DNA from: an uncultured Methanosarcinales archaeon
Lineage (GTDB): Archaea > Nanobdellota > Nanobdellia > Woesearchaeales > JAGVZT01
NCBI GenBank assembly: GCA_964419615.1
Contig: CAYQPU010000005.1
Span: forward strand, 1 to 58,036
Direction: 5' to 3'
DNA: 58,036 nucleotides
Positions within the stretch are counted from its first letter, which is position 1. Each line of letters begins with the position of its first letter. Of the stretch, positions 26,869-37,092 are shown piece by piece. The notes beneath the pieces are model-generated. The model did no database searches, was not told where the DNA came from, and was given only the letters and a program-made list of their open reading frames with translations. A program made the position numbers and the translations under genes.

Positions 26869-26924
26869 AACCATTCATTGTTTACTAAAATTTATATATT
26901 ATCAATTTTTAGGAGGTAATTAAA

Positions 26925-28991
26925 ATGACAAAAAAACTAATCACAAGCGCCCTACCATATGCTAATGGAAGCATACATATAGGACATTTAGTAGAGTATA
27001 TCCAGACTGATATATTTGTAAGATTTTTAAAATTAAAAGGAGAAGATGCGATTTATTGTTGTGCTGATGATACTCACGGAACACCTATTGAGATCAATGC
27101 TGCAAAGCAAGGCGTGAAACCAGAAGAGTTTATTGCAAAGTTTTTCAAAGAGCATTTGAGAGACTTTAAAAAATTCCATATTGAATTTGACTCATACTAT
27201 ACAACAAATAGTCCTGAAAATAAAAAATATGTTGAGTTAATTTATAAAAGACTCAAAGATAAAGGACTTATTTATACAAAAGATCTTGAGCTTACTTATT
27301 GTGAGAACTGCAAGAGATTTTTACCAGATAGATATGTTAGGGGTACTTGTCCTAATTGTAAAGCAGAGGATCAATATGGAGATGTTTGTGAAAATTGTAA
27401 TACTGCTTACAAAACAACTGATTTACTAAATCCAAAATGTTCAATTTGTAAAAGCACACCAATAAAAAGGACTTCTAAACATTATTTTTTCAAACTAAGT
27501 TCTTATTCTGAAAAATTAAGAGATTGGTTAAATAACAATGAAGAGCTTCAGCCAGAAGTTAGAAACCAAGTCTTAGAATGGATTAATAAAGGTCTTGAAG
27601 ATTGGAATATTAGTAGGGATCCACCTTATTTCGGATTTAAGATTCCAGGAGAAGATGACAAATACTTTTATGTTTGGTTAGATGCCCCAATTGGATATAT
27701 TGCAAGTACTGCTAATTATTGTAAAGATAAATCAATTACTGCTGAAGATTACTGGCAAAAACCAGGCTCAGAAATTATTCATTTTATTGGTAAGGATATT
27801 ATTTATTTTCATCTTTTATTTTGGCCTGCAGTTTTAATGGGGGCTGATTTTAATCTGCCAAAGAATGTTTTGGTGCATGGCTTTCTGACTGTAAACAAAC
27901 AAAAGATGTCAAAGTCAAGAGGAACTTTCCTAACAGCAGAGGAGTTTGGAGAGCTTGCTAAACCTGAGTACCTTAGGTTCTACTATGCAGCTAATTTGGC
28001 TAGAAAAATGTCTGATGTAGATCTTGATTTGGATGATTTTAGAGAGAAAATCAATAATGAATTAGTGGCAAATGTAGCTAATTTCTTTTATAGAGTTTTA
28101 AGCTATTGCAATAAAACTTTTGACTCAAAAATAATTCCAGCAGAAAAAGAATTCTTAGATCAATTCGATTATAGTGAGATTATTAAAGATTATGACAATG
28201 TTGAATTTAGAAGTGCATTAAAAAATATTCTAAAGGTTAGCAGCCAAGGAAATAAGTATTTCCAAGATAATGAACCATGGGCTCTAATCAAAACTGATAA
28301 ACAAAAAACTCATCAGATTGTAAGTAATTGTGTTAACCTTGTGAAGGATATTAATACCCTGCTAAAACCAGTGTTACCTGAGTTTACAAAAGAAATTGAA
28401 AAACAATTAAACATAGGTGAGTTAAAAACAGATTCCTTGGGGAAAAACATAGGTCAGCACAAAATCAATAAAAGTGAAATTATTTTAGAGAAGATTGACA
28501 AAATAGAACTGGACGTTTCAGATCCATTTTCAAATCTTGATTTAAGGGTTGCCAAGGTTATCAATGTTGAGTCTCATCCAGATGCTGAAAAACTTTACAT
28601 AATGCAAATTGATTTAGGTGATGAACAAAGAACTATTGTTAGTGGACTTAGACCTTTTTATTCAGAAGATGAACTTACTGAGAAAAATATAGTGGTTGTA
28701 AAGAATTTAAAACCTGCAAAACTTAAAGGTGTTGAAAGTAAAGGCATGCTTTTAGCCGCTGATACCAAAGAAGGTGCAAAATTAGTTTTTGCTTCTAAAA
28801 GCAAACCAGGAGATGTTGTTAGTGTTGAAGGTATCAAACCAAATCCAAAAGATCAAGTAACAATAGAGGCGTTTAAGAAAATCAAGCTTTTTGCAGAGAA
28901 TGAAACAGCAACTTACAACAAAAAACAACTTAAGACTTCAAAAGAAAATGTGAGTGCTCCAGGAGTAAAACAAAAGACAAGAATTATTTAG
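26925..28991 (+). CDS. metG: Methionine-tRNA ligase with C-terminal tRNA-binding OB domain
   Basis: ALPYANGSIHIGH, Zn knuckles, YVWLDAPIGY, KMSKS, DLRVAKV; SD GGAGGT at 26912. Confidence 0.96.
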   Translation: MTKKLITSALPYANGSIHIGHLVEYIQTDIFVRFLKLKGEDAIYCCADDTHGTPIEINAAKQGVKPEEFIAKFFKEHLRDFKKFHIEFDSYYTTNSPENKKYVELIYKRLKDKGLIYTKDLELTYCENCKRFLPDRYVRGTCPNCKAEDQYGDVCENCNTAYKTTDLLNPKCSICKSTPIKRTSKHYFFKLSSYSEKLRDWLNNNEELQPEVRNQVLEWINKGLEDWNISRDPPYFGFKIPGEDDKYFYVWLDAPIGYIASTANYCKDKSITAEDYWQKPGSEIIHFIGKDIIYFHLLFWPAVLMGADFNLPKNVLVHGFLTVNKQKMSKSRGTFLTAEEFGELAKPEYLRFYYAANLARKMSDVDLDLDDFREKINNELVANVANFFYRVLSYCNKTFDSKIIPAEKEFLDQFDYSEIIKDYDNVEFRSALKNILKVSSQGNKYFQDNEPWALIKTDKQKTHQIVSNCVNLVKDINTLLKPVLPEFTKEIEKQLNIGELKTDSLGKNIGQHKINKSEIILEKIDKIELDVSDPFSNLDLRVAKVINVESHPDAEKLYIMQIDLGDEQRTIVSGLRPFYSEDELTEKNIVVVKNLKPAKLKGVESKGMLLAADTKEGAKLVFASKSKPGDVVSVEGIKPNPKDQVTIEAFKKIKLFAENETATYNKKQLKTSKENVSAPGVKQKTRII

Positions 28992-29070
28992 TAGATAACT
29001 TTGAAAAGTCTCTTTAACGCAAGAAAAGATGTTTCAATACGGGATATATTATGATCTCAAAGTTCTCTCT

Positions 29071-29100
29071 GAGAATTTTGCTTGGTTTGTCAAAATTCTC
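29071..29100. terminator. 10-bp hairpin between the convergent metG and signal peptidase genes
   Basis: GAGAATTTTG / CAAAATTCTC. Confidence 0.55.
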
Positions 29101-29620
29101 AATAGATTATTCCAATCACAACTCTTTGAATTTGATCAAACCTGACTCGACCAGGATCTTTATACGGACTATTATCTCCCTTTAAAACAGCATACCAACC
29201 ATCTTCATCATAGCCAGTTTCAACAATTCTGTGGATTAGAACACCGTTTGCAAATTTTGATTTGTAACTAACAATATCTCCTTCACAGATCTCTGTAGGA
29301 GCCTTTGGAATGTATTCAAGAGCATTAGCTCCAACATCAATCACAGGATCCATTGAATTTGTGTCTGTAAATGTTGCCCACTCTGCATTTTTGAAATTAA
29401 TGATTATTTTGTCTTTTAAAACAATGATCTGGTTTTCAGCTATTCTATCACACGGACTTGGCCTTTCTGTTAGATTTGGCAGAAATAGTGACGTGATTGC
29501 ATCAGCTGTCTGACCTCTCTCTAGAATTGAATTTGCACGAGTTGAACTTACAATTCCAACTAGTATAACAACTACAATTAGTGCAAAAATAAGCTTTAAA
29601 CGTGACTGACCAACCCCCAT
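29099..29620 (-). CDS. Signal peptidase I (Sec11/S26-like)
   Basis: N-terminal TM, TNSMDP (Ser), IHRIV (His), KGDN. Confidence 0.8.
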   Translation of the reverse strand: MGVGQSRLKLIFALIVVVILVGIVSSTRANSILERGQTADAITSLFLPNLTERPSPCDRIAENQIIVLKDKIIINFKNAEWATFTDTNSMDPVIDVGANALEYIPKAPTEICEGDIVSYKSKFANGVLIHRIVETGYDEDGWYAVLKGDNSPYKDPGRVRFDQIQRVVIGIIY

Positions 29621-29738
29621 GACATATAAGTTACATTTATGGGTTTATAAATCTTTTGTTATTTTACCATTCTAAAGTAATTACAATTTTAGGCCACAGA
29701 CCAAAATATATAAATAGTTTTTTGAATAATTAACTTGT

Positions 29739-30251
29739 ATGGAAGTTGTAAAAGGAGAGGAGTGTCCGATTTGCAGGAAAAAGACTCTTGAGTTAAGAGA
29801 AGATAGTAAAGAAATTCCCCATTTTGGAAATGTTTTTATCTTTTCAATGACATGTTCTGGTTGCAGTTTTCACAAGGCAGATGTTTCATGTGAAGAAAAA
29901 AGAGATCCAAAAAAATACACATTAGAGATTGAAAATGAAGATGATTTAAAGATCACAATAGTTAGATCAGCTGAAGCAACATTAAAAATACCAAGAATAG
30001 TCACAATCTCTCCTGGTGCAGGCTCTAATGGGTACATAACAACTGTAGAAGGAGTTCTAAACAGAGTTAAACATCAAGTAGAAATGGCTAGAGAAGATGC
30101 TGAAGAAAAAGAAGCTAAAAAAAAGGCTAAGAATCATCTAAAGAAAATAAACAAAGTGCTTTGGGGACAAGAAAAAGTTAAGATCATTCTTGAAGACCCA
30201 ACAGGCAATTCAGCAATTATTTCTGATAAAACTAAAGTATCAAAACTTTGA
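29739..30251 (+). CDS. ZPR1-type zinc finger protein
   Basis: CPIC...IPHFG...CSGC, GYITTVEGVL, EDPTGNS. Confidence 0.9.
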   Translation: MEVVKGEECPICRKKTLELREDSKEIPHFGNVFIFSMTCSGCSFHKADVSCEEKRDPKKYTLEIENEDDLKITIVRSAEATLKIPRIVTISPGAGSNGYITTVEGVLNRVKHQVEMAREDAEEKEAKKKAKNHLKKINKVLWGQEKVKIILEDPTGNSAIISDKTKVSKL

Positions 30252-30326
30252 TTACATTTGCCTTATTAAATATAAATTCAAAAAATTTTAATAGGATGTA
30301 TTGATTATAAGACAATTGGTGAATTT

Positions 30327-31121
30327 GTGAAAACAAAAATTGGAGTTATAGGTGGATCTGGTTTGGATGATCCAAAAATTCTTAAGAATCCTGTAAATGT
30401 TGAGGCTAATACACCATATGGTAAACCTTCAAGCAATGTAACTACTGGAACTATTGAAGGTAGAGAAGTTGTAATATTAGCTAGACATGGTAAAAATCAT
30501 TCAATTATGCCCAGTAGTGTACCGTTTCAAGCAAACATCTGGGCTCTAAAAGAATTGGGCTGTACACATATTCTAACAACTACCGCTTGTGGTTCTTTAA
30601 GAGAGAAAATTGAACCTGGGCACCTTATATTGGTTGACCAGTTTATTGACAGGACAACAAAAAGAAAAAGTACTTTTTTTGAAAAAGACAAAGTATGCCA
30701 CATTCCAATGGCTGATCCTTTTTGTGAGAAGCTTAGAAATATGCTTGCAAAAACTTGTCAAGAACTTGAATTAAATCATCATAACAAGGGAACTGTTATT
30801 ACAATTGAAGGTCCAAGATTCAGTACAAAAGCTGAATCTCATATGTTTCGTCAATGGGGTGCTGACGTGATTAATATGTCAACAGTTCCAGAAGTTGTTT
30901 TAGCAAGAGAAGCGGGAATTTGTTATCAAGCAATTGCTATGAGTACAGATTATGATTGCTGGCACGAATCAGAAGAAGCAGTCTCAATTGAATTAGTTTT
31001 AAAAACAATGGCAAAAAATGCTGAGAATGTAAAAAAATTAATTATCAAAACAATTCCAAAAATAAAGCATAATAATTGTGAATGCAAAGAGTATATAAAG
31101 ACATCAGTGATAGGTGATTAA
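30327..31121 (+). CDS. mtnP: S-methyl-5'-thioadenosine phosphorylase
   Basis: [42 protein letters not shown]. Confidence 0.93.
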   Translation: MKTKIGVIGGSGLDDPKILKNPVNVEANTPYGKPSSNVTTGTIEGREVVILARHGKNHSIMPSSVPFQANIWALKELGCTHILTTTACGSLREKIEPGHLILVDQFIDRTTKRKSTFFEKDKVCHIPMADPFCEKLRNMLAKTCQELELNHHNKGTVITIEGPRFSTKAESHMFRQWGADVINMSTVPEVVLAREAGICYQAIAMSTDYDCWHESEEAVSIELVLKTMAKNAENVKKLIIKTIPKIKHNNCECKEYIKTSVIGD

Positions 31122-31638
31122 CATGGACATAAATAAAAAAATAAGAATTGTACCTGATTTTCCAATTAAAGGAATTATGTATGAAGATATTACTCCCTTA
31201 ATGCAGGATCCTGATGCATTTAAATTTGTTGTATCAAGCATGGTGGAGCATTACAAAAATAAAGAAGTGGATGTTATTGCCAGTGCTGAAAGTCGTGGTT
31301 TTATTTTTGGAGCTTTGCTTGCACATGAACTTGAAAAAAGTTTTGTATTACTCCGAAAACCAGGGAAACTCCCATACAAAAAGATTAGTCAGAGTTTTGA
31401 AAAAGAATACGGTACAGATGCCTTTGAAATTCATACAGATGCCATAAAGCAAGGTGATAAAGTAATAATTGTTGATGATTTATTAGCAACTGGTGGGACA
31501 AGTGAAGCTGCTGTTAAACTTGTTGAGAAACTGGGGGGAAAAGTTTTAAGTTTGGCATTCCTAATTGAACTTGGATATTTGAATGGAAGAGATAAGTTAA
31601 AAGGATATGATGTGTTTAGGTTGATAAATAGGGAGTAA
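31114..31638 (+). CDS. apt: Adenine phosphoribosyltransferase
   Basis: [28 protein letters not shown]. Confidence 0.93.
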   Translation: MINMDINKKIRIVPDFPIKGIMYEDITPLMQDPDAFKFVVSSMVEHYKNKEVDVIASAESRGFIFGALLAHELEKSFVLLRKPGKLPYKKISQSFEKEYGTDAFEIHTDAIKQGDKVIIVDDLLATGGTSEAAVKLVEKLGGKVLSLAFLIELGYLNGRDKLKGYDVFRLINRE

Positions 31639-31731
31639 TTATTAAGTACATTACAGGGCAGTGGGTCTACTAAAAAACAACGGTCTATGACCTAAATTAT
31701 ATGTCCCTAGCTCTGTGTACAAAGTAATTGA

Positions 31732-32064
31732 TTACTCCAAAACTTCAATCTGATGCGCAACAATCTGATCTTCTTGTAATTCTCCGAGTATTTGTACATA
31801 GTCTCCTTTACGCAAATTAAGTTTACCATCCTCAAAGATCAATACTTCATCGGTTTTAGGACTTACTAAATCAATAACTGATATTTTCCCAAACTGATTT
31901 ACTTTTCCAACTGTTCCAGTTATTTTAACATCAATAATATTAGAAGATAGCTGTTCTAAAGAACTTTGATTTGGATAATCCCCATAAAGAGAAATAACAG
32001 TTAACACAATTAAACCGATTATCGAGGTAGATATCGCCAATTGTATTAGTTTGGAATCATCCAT
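31732..32064 (-). CDS. Membrane-anchored OB-fold hypothetical protein
   Basis: N-terminal TM followed by an OB-like beta domain. Confidence 0.65.
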   Translation of the reverse strand: MDDSKLIQLAISTSIIGLIVLTVISLYGDYPNQSSLEQLSSNIIDVKITGTVGKVNQFGKISVIDLVSPKTDEVLIFEDGKLNLRKGDYVQILGELQEDQIVAHQIEVLE

Positions 32065-32139
32065 AGGAATATAATTTGATTTAATTAAATTAATATTATC
32101 TCAATAAAAATCCAGAAGATTTTCGGTAAATTAAAACTA

Positions 32140-32448
32140 TTATTTGAATTCCACTCTTTTAGCTCGAATACCTTTTTTCTGAGTATGAGCTTTATTACAA
32201 ACTCTACAAACGAATCTTAGATCTGTTTTTTTGGTTGTTTTCTTTCCAAATCTTTTCCATTTTGTAAGAGCTCCTTTAGAAAGCTTGCCTAAATTACCAT
32301 GCCCTGTGCCTTCCCCCCTTCTTTTCATCCTAAACTTTGAGCCTTTTTTTAAGCTGCTAGCCTTTCCTTTTTTTGACTGCATTACTTTGTGTTCTGTGTG
32401 TTTTTTACACTTTGGGCAGTACTTTTTCCTTACTTTGGGAAGTTTCAT
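32140..32448 (-). CDS. rpl44e: 50S ribosomal protein L44e
   Basis: YCPKCKKHT, KTTKK..LRFVC..C. Confidence 0.95.
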   Translation of the reverse strand: MKLPKVRKKYCPKCKKHTEHKVMQSKKGKASSLKKGSKFRMKRRGEGTGHGNLGKLSKGALTKWKRFGKKTTKKTDLRFVCRVCNKAHTQKKGIRAKRVEFK

Positions 32449-32504
32449 AGGCCAAAGTAATCAGGGCATATTTAAATAACTTTTGATATAGGATCTTGAG
32501 AATT

Positions 32505-33152
32505 TTAGCTGTTAATCTCTTCTGCTCTTAATTTGCTAATAAGGATGTTAGCAATTTCTGTTGGTAAGTTTGCCACATCTTCTTCTTCAAATGGCCCATA
32601 TACTTCAAGTTGTTTTCCAACAAATTTAGGTACTGGTTTTATGAATCTTACCACCTTTTGGGGTTTTTCAGGTTTTTCTGGCTTTTTCTCAATCATTGGA
32701 TTTGAGCTGACACTTTCTTTCTCCTTGATTTTTGGTTCAACTTGTGGCTGTTTTGTTTCAAGCACCATATCTAAAATATCTTTTCTTGACCCCTTTAGTA
32801 ATTTAACCAAAGCATCAAAAAGAGGTTTTTCTTCATCAAGTAAAGCCCGGTTGTCAAGCATTTCACCGGTTTTAACACTTATTATGGACATATTAACAAT
32901 TTTCTTTTCTCTTTGATCATAAAGTTGGCTTACTAACTTGTAAATGCTTTCAAGCTGTTTTTTTGCTTTTTGTTGCTCTGCATCTGCAAAAACACTAGTT
33001 TGAGGGTTGTTAAGTAAGTCTTTTTTTTCACTAATATACCTTATTAAATCCTTAAAAAAAGACTCGTCTAGTCTTTGGAGCTCATTTCTATTTTTTTCAC
33101 TTCTTAGGATGTCAAATAGAGTCTCATAAGTAATGTTTATTTTATCCCCCAT
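32505..33152 (-). CDS. DNA replication GINS family protein
   Basis: ITYETL, ELQRLDESFF, REKKIV, C-terminal B-domain VPKFVG..YGPF..DVANLP; start MGDKI. Confidence 0.85.
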   Translation of the reverse strand: MGDKINITYETLFDILRSEKNRNELQRLDESFFKDLIRYISEKKDLLNNPQTSVFADAEQQKAKKQLESIYKLVSQLYDQREKKIVNMSIISVKTGEMLDNRALLDEEKPLFDALVKLLKGSRKDILDMVLETKQPQVEPKIKEKESVSSNPMIEKKPEKPEKPQKVVRFIKPVPKFVGKQLEVYGPFEEEDVANLPTEIANILISKLRAEEINS

Positions 33153-33230
33153 GAAAAAGAAGACCTTTTGAGCGTTTATATAATTTTCTGTTAACAAGAT
33201 TTAAATAAAATCTGTGGCTCCCAAAGACAT

Positions 33231-34418
33231 ATGAACCAAATTACTTTTGATGACCTAGCCCTAGAAGATATGCAAGAGAATATTAGATTTAGTTTTCAAA
33301 GAAATTATTATTTTAACATTAAAAAATCTGAACTAAAAAAGATAGCAGATTATAGGATTGGTGGGAATTTTATTGAATTTGACTGTTCTGTTAGAAAAGC
33401 CAGTAACAAGCTAAATAGACTAATAACAAATGGATTAAATAATCTTATAAACAAGATTACTAAAAGGAAAACAATTTTCATAACTGAAGAATCAGGGATA
33501 CCATTAATTGGAAACAATGCTTTTGGAATTGTAGACAGGAACACTTCCTTAATTGAGGTCAAACCTGTTACTGGATGTAATCTTAATTGTATCTTCTGTT
33601 CTGTTGGAGAAGGACCAAAAGGAAAATGGCAGAGAGATTTTTTAGTAGACCACATTTATCTTGTGAAAGAATTTCAAAAACTTGCAGAGTTTAAGGGATG
33701 TGAAGTAGAAGCACACATAGGGGTTCATGGAGAACCTTTTTTGTATCCAAAACTCATTGAACTAGTACAAATGTTAAGGTCAATTAATAATGTTAAACTC
33801 ATAACTCTTGACACTAATGGAACGTTACTGACTGAAAAACTGATTGATGACCTTGCTAAAGCAGGATTGTCCAGAATTCAGCTTTCTTTAAATGCTCTTG
33901 ATAAAGATATTGCATCTAAACTTGCAGATTCACCTTACAACGTGAAAAAAGTGTTAGAGTTAGCCGAATACTGCTCAGGAAAAATAGATGTTTTATTAGC
34001 ACCTATATGGGTCCCTGGATTTAATGACAATGAATTGGAAAAACTAGTTAAACTAAGTAAGGAAATGAAAGTAGATGTTGCGATTCAAAACTTTCTAAGT
34101 TACAAACAAGGTCGAAATCCAGTTAAACAAAAATCTTGGCCGGAATTTAGAAATATATTAAAACAATTAGAAGAGAAACATGGTGTTAAACTTATTTACA
34201 AAGCTGAAGATTTTGGAATTAAGAAAACAAAAGTGCTTCCAAAACCATTTAAGAAAGGAGATATTGTAAAGGCAAGAGTTGTTTGTGAAGGAAGACTTGC
34301 AAATCAAAAAATAGTTGTTGCAGATAACAGAAATGTAACTGTTAATAATTGCCTGAAAAATGGTTTTGTTAAAGTCAAGATAATCAGAGACAAGCATAAC
34401 ATATTCTTTGCAGTTTAA
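33231..34418 (+). CDS. Radical SAM protein with C-terminal TRAM-like domain
   Basis: DRNTSLIEVKPVTGCNLNCIFCSV, GEP, TNG, PG.ND. Confidence 0.85.
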   Translation: MNQITFDDLALEDMQENIRFSFQRNYYFNIKKSELKKIADYRIGGNFIEFDCSVRKASNKLNRLITNGLNNLINKITKRKTIFITEESGIPLIGNNAFGIVDRNTSLIEVKPVTGCNLNCIFCSVGEGPKGKWQRDFLVDHIYLVKEFQKLAEFKGCEVEAHIGVHGEPFLYPKLIELVQMLRSINNVKLITLDTNGTLLTEKLIDDLAKAGLSRIQLSLNALDKDIASKLADSPYNVKKVLELAEYCSGKIDVLLAPIWVPGFNDNELEKLVKLSKEMKVDVAIQNFLSYKQGRNPVKQKSWPEFRNILKQLEEKHGVKLIYKAEDFGIKKTKVLPKPFKKGDIVKARVVCEGRLANQKIVVADNRNVTVNNCLKNGFVKVKIIRDKHNIFFAV

Positions 34419-34485
34419 TTGACAGTTTTGAAAATTGTTTATTAGAATTTATGAAAAAAAAGAAAAAAAAGAAAAAAAGTTAGGT

Positions 34486-36981
34486 TTATTCTGCAGCTTC
34501 CTCAACAACTTCTTCAGCAACAGCTTCTTCCTTTGGTGTTGGTACTCCAACATCAATGTCAGTTAAGCTTGTACCAGTGACTTCTAACTCTGCACCTGCA
34601 AAGTTATCATATTGGTCATAGTTTGCTACAACTCTTGCTGCTCTTCTGGAATCCATTGCGCTGTAACCTGCAACAAGTAATGCCATGTTTCCGTTGTCAT
34701 GTTCAAACAACTTAATCATTGCTTTACCCATTTCAAAGTCTGCTGCACAATCTGATGGATTGCCCATTAATTCTGCTGCTAAGGTGTTGACACAAGGTCC
34801 ACCAACCACAATTGCGTTTTGTGCGGTTAGGCTTGCTACTTCTGTGTCTAGCACTGCTGCTCCAACTTCGATTCTCTGGACTTCTTCATATGAGGTTCCA
34901 GTTCCACCTTCACTAACTACAGCTGCGTTTGATTTAACAAACACATTTGCATGATTTTCTGCTCCAGGATAAGTGACTGTTAAGTCATTCTCATCGCCAG
35001 ATTTATCCCATACAAATAAGGTACCTTTTGTTGTGTAGTGTCCCCATTTATCAGAGTCACCAATTTCATAGTACCTATTGCTCTTACCAGGTGCAAGGAC
35101 AAAGTCAGTATCTGTCTGATCTCCTACATCAATAGATGCCTTACTGCTTGAAGAAGTTAATGTAACTGTTAAGTTACCTCCTCCTTCCAACACATCATTT
35201 TGATCTTCTTCTAATAGATAGATGTCGTGTGTTGTTGTGTCACTGATTGCATTTCGCAGATCAATTGTAAAGCCTTCTTTTGTATAGACCTTGTGTCCTT
35301 CATCAGATGCTGCTGCAATTGTTGCTTGTCCTGCTCCAGGGCTTGCATAACTAAATACAGCACTTACATCTCCAACATTAACTGTACAGTTGACAGTTGA
35401 ACAAGAACCTGTGTACTTTGTACCTGATCCAATGTCCTTTAATGTGGTGACGTTGTCACTACTGATGTCATCTAGTTCAACAATTCGAGTTTCTCTCTCT
35501 GTTGCACTTGTTAACACAAGGTAGTCTCCTTCACTCATGGTTCCAGTTGCTACATAGATCACTCCGCTTCCAGCTGTAATGGATTCTCCGAATCCAGTAT
35601 AGTTGGTTCCGTCAAAGTATGCAATGTCCAAAGAGACTTTGCCAGACTCCAATGGAGCTACTAATCTTACATTATTATCTCCATGTGGTTCTACAACAAT
35701 TTCTTCTTCTGCACCATCGCTTGTCATTCCTGCAAATTGAACTTCATAAGAGCCCAATCCTGGGAAAGACAATACTTCGTCTTCAGCTGCAAATAGTTCA
35801 TTTTCTGGTGCCCAAGTTAATTCTAACTTGTCCATTGTAAAGGTAGCACCACTAATGGAACCTGTCCAGTCAACAAAGAGGTCATCTACGTCCTCTCCAC
35901 CAACTTGTACATTAGTATCCATTGCAGTTGGAGTTACTCCATCTGTGTCAGATAATACAACCTTTTGCGCACCTAGATAGAACTGCACAAGATCTCTTCC
36001 TGCTCCAGCTTCTCCAGCTTCATTACCCATAACTTGCTTAATTCCAACTTCAATTCCTGAAAGAGTTTGGGTTTGGTCTTTTGCAAGTTCTTTGGAACTT
36101 ACTCCGTTAACAGTTAAGATAACTGTTTCGTCTGATGTTCCTGTGTCTGAGATAATATCTACAGTTACTTCATAATCTTCACCAGCTACTGTAAAGGTTT
36201 TTGTTTCACCTTCGTACATGGTGTTAAGAGTAACTCCACCCATCATCTCCCAAGTAATGGCGTTGCTAGATCTCTCTGCTTTGGTGACGTCGTATTCAAC
36301 ACCCATTATTTCAATGGTTGTATCTTCAAAGTCACATAGTTCATTTGCTGAACCACATGTAGTTCCTGAATACCAGTCACTTTCTGCGTTTTTAGTGAAG
36401 TCCAGTGTGTACCTCATGAACCAAGACTTGGAAGATCCACTTCCAGTAGATTTTGGTACATATAGCATCACATACGGATTGTCTTCATCTGTGTAGTCCC
36501 TATCTTTTAGATAGGTAACATTTGCATGGTCGAATTCCAGTTTCTGCTCGTACTCATAAGATGTACTTTCGTCATCTCCATCATTGATAAAGGTTCCTCG
36601 TGCCAGCAATTCCGGCAAGTCTTCTTCATCAAGCTTTGACTTAACACTGTCAAAGTTTTCTCCTGGTGTTAGCTTGTTACTATCTGTTGCTATTTTTACT
36701 CCTTCACCAGAAACTGTCACTTCAGTAGAAGTTCCTTCTACTTCTGTGGTCACTGTATTTGCGTACTGCAGACTTGTTGCAATATCAATGGCGCCTAGCA
36801 CGTCTTCAGTTGCTGCTGCTGCTCCTACCACTAACAATGCATTAAATGCACCGTCCTCCACGAATGGAGCTGGGTAAGTGCCCAGGTCAGCTGCTGCCAT
36901 AGCTCCAAGGATGGTTGCTCCAACCATGGTTGCTCCAGTTCCTAAGGCCACTATTCTTTTGATGGCCTTTTTCAGCTTCAT
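34486..36981 (-). CDS. S-layer protein
   Basis: Signal peptide, DLGTYPAPFV, VVGAAAATEDV, C-terminal NAIVVGGPCVN and LLVAGYSA.D; acidic Thr/Gly-rich; SD GGAGGTG. Confidence 0.9.
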   Translation of the reverse strand: MKLKKAIKRIVALGTGATMVGATILGAMAAADLGTYPAPFVEDGAFNALLVVGAAAATEDVLGAIDIATSLQYANTVTTEVEGTSTEVTVSGEGVKIATDSNKLTPGENFDSVKSKLDEEDLPELLARGTFINDGDDESTSYEYEQKLEFDHANVTYLKDRDYTDEDNPYVMLYVPKSTGSGSSKSWFMRYTLDFTKNAESDWYSGTTCGSANELCDFEDTTIEIMGVEYDVTKAERSSNAITWEMMGGVTLNTMYEGETKTFTVAGEDYEVTVDIISDTGTSDETVILTVNGVSSKELAKDQTQTLSGIEVGIKQVMGNEAGEAGAGRDLVQFYLGAQKVVLSDTDGVTPTAMDTNVQVGGEDVDDLFVDWTGSISGATFTMDKLELTWAPENELFAAEDEVLSFPGLGSYEVQFAGMTSDGAEEEIVVEPHGDNNVRLVAPLESGKVSLDIAYFDGTNYTGFGESITAGSGVIYVATGTMSEGDYLVLTSATERETRIVELDDISSDNVTTLKDIGSGTKYTGSCSTVNCTVNVGDVSAVFSYASPGAGQATIAAASDEGHKVYTKEGFTIDLRNAISDTTTHDIYLLEEDQNDVLEGGGNLTVTLTSSSSKASIDVGDQTDTDFVLAPGKSNRYYEIGDSDKWGHYTTKGTLFVWDKSGDENDLTVTYPGAENHANVFVKSNAAVVSEGGTGTSYEEVQRIEVGAAVLDTEVASLTAQNAIVVGGPCVNTLAAELMGNPSDCAADFEMGKAMIKLFEHDNGNMALLVAGYSAMDSRRAARVVANYDQYDNFAGAELEVTGTSLTDIDVGVPTPKEEAVAEEVVEEAAE

Positions 36982-37092
36982 TTAAACACCTCCTAAATGT
37001 TTTTTGGCTATCATTTACTGTTAGCCCTGTTAGCATAAAACCATCAGAAGAAAATATCATCCTCTTTATGGCTAGCCGTTTGCTAACAGTTA
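36982..37092 (-). promoter_or_regulatory. Structured ~110-nt 5' UTR of the S-layer mRNA
   Basis: TATA TTTATAAA at 37114-37121; 9-bp arm with two alternative partners; internal ATGATA...CTGA. Confidence 0.55.
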
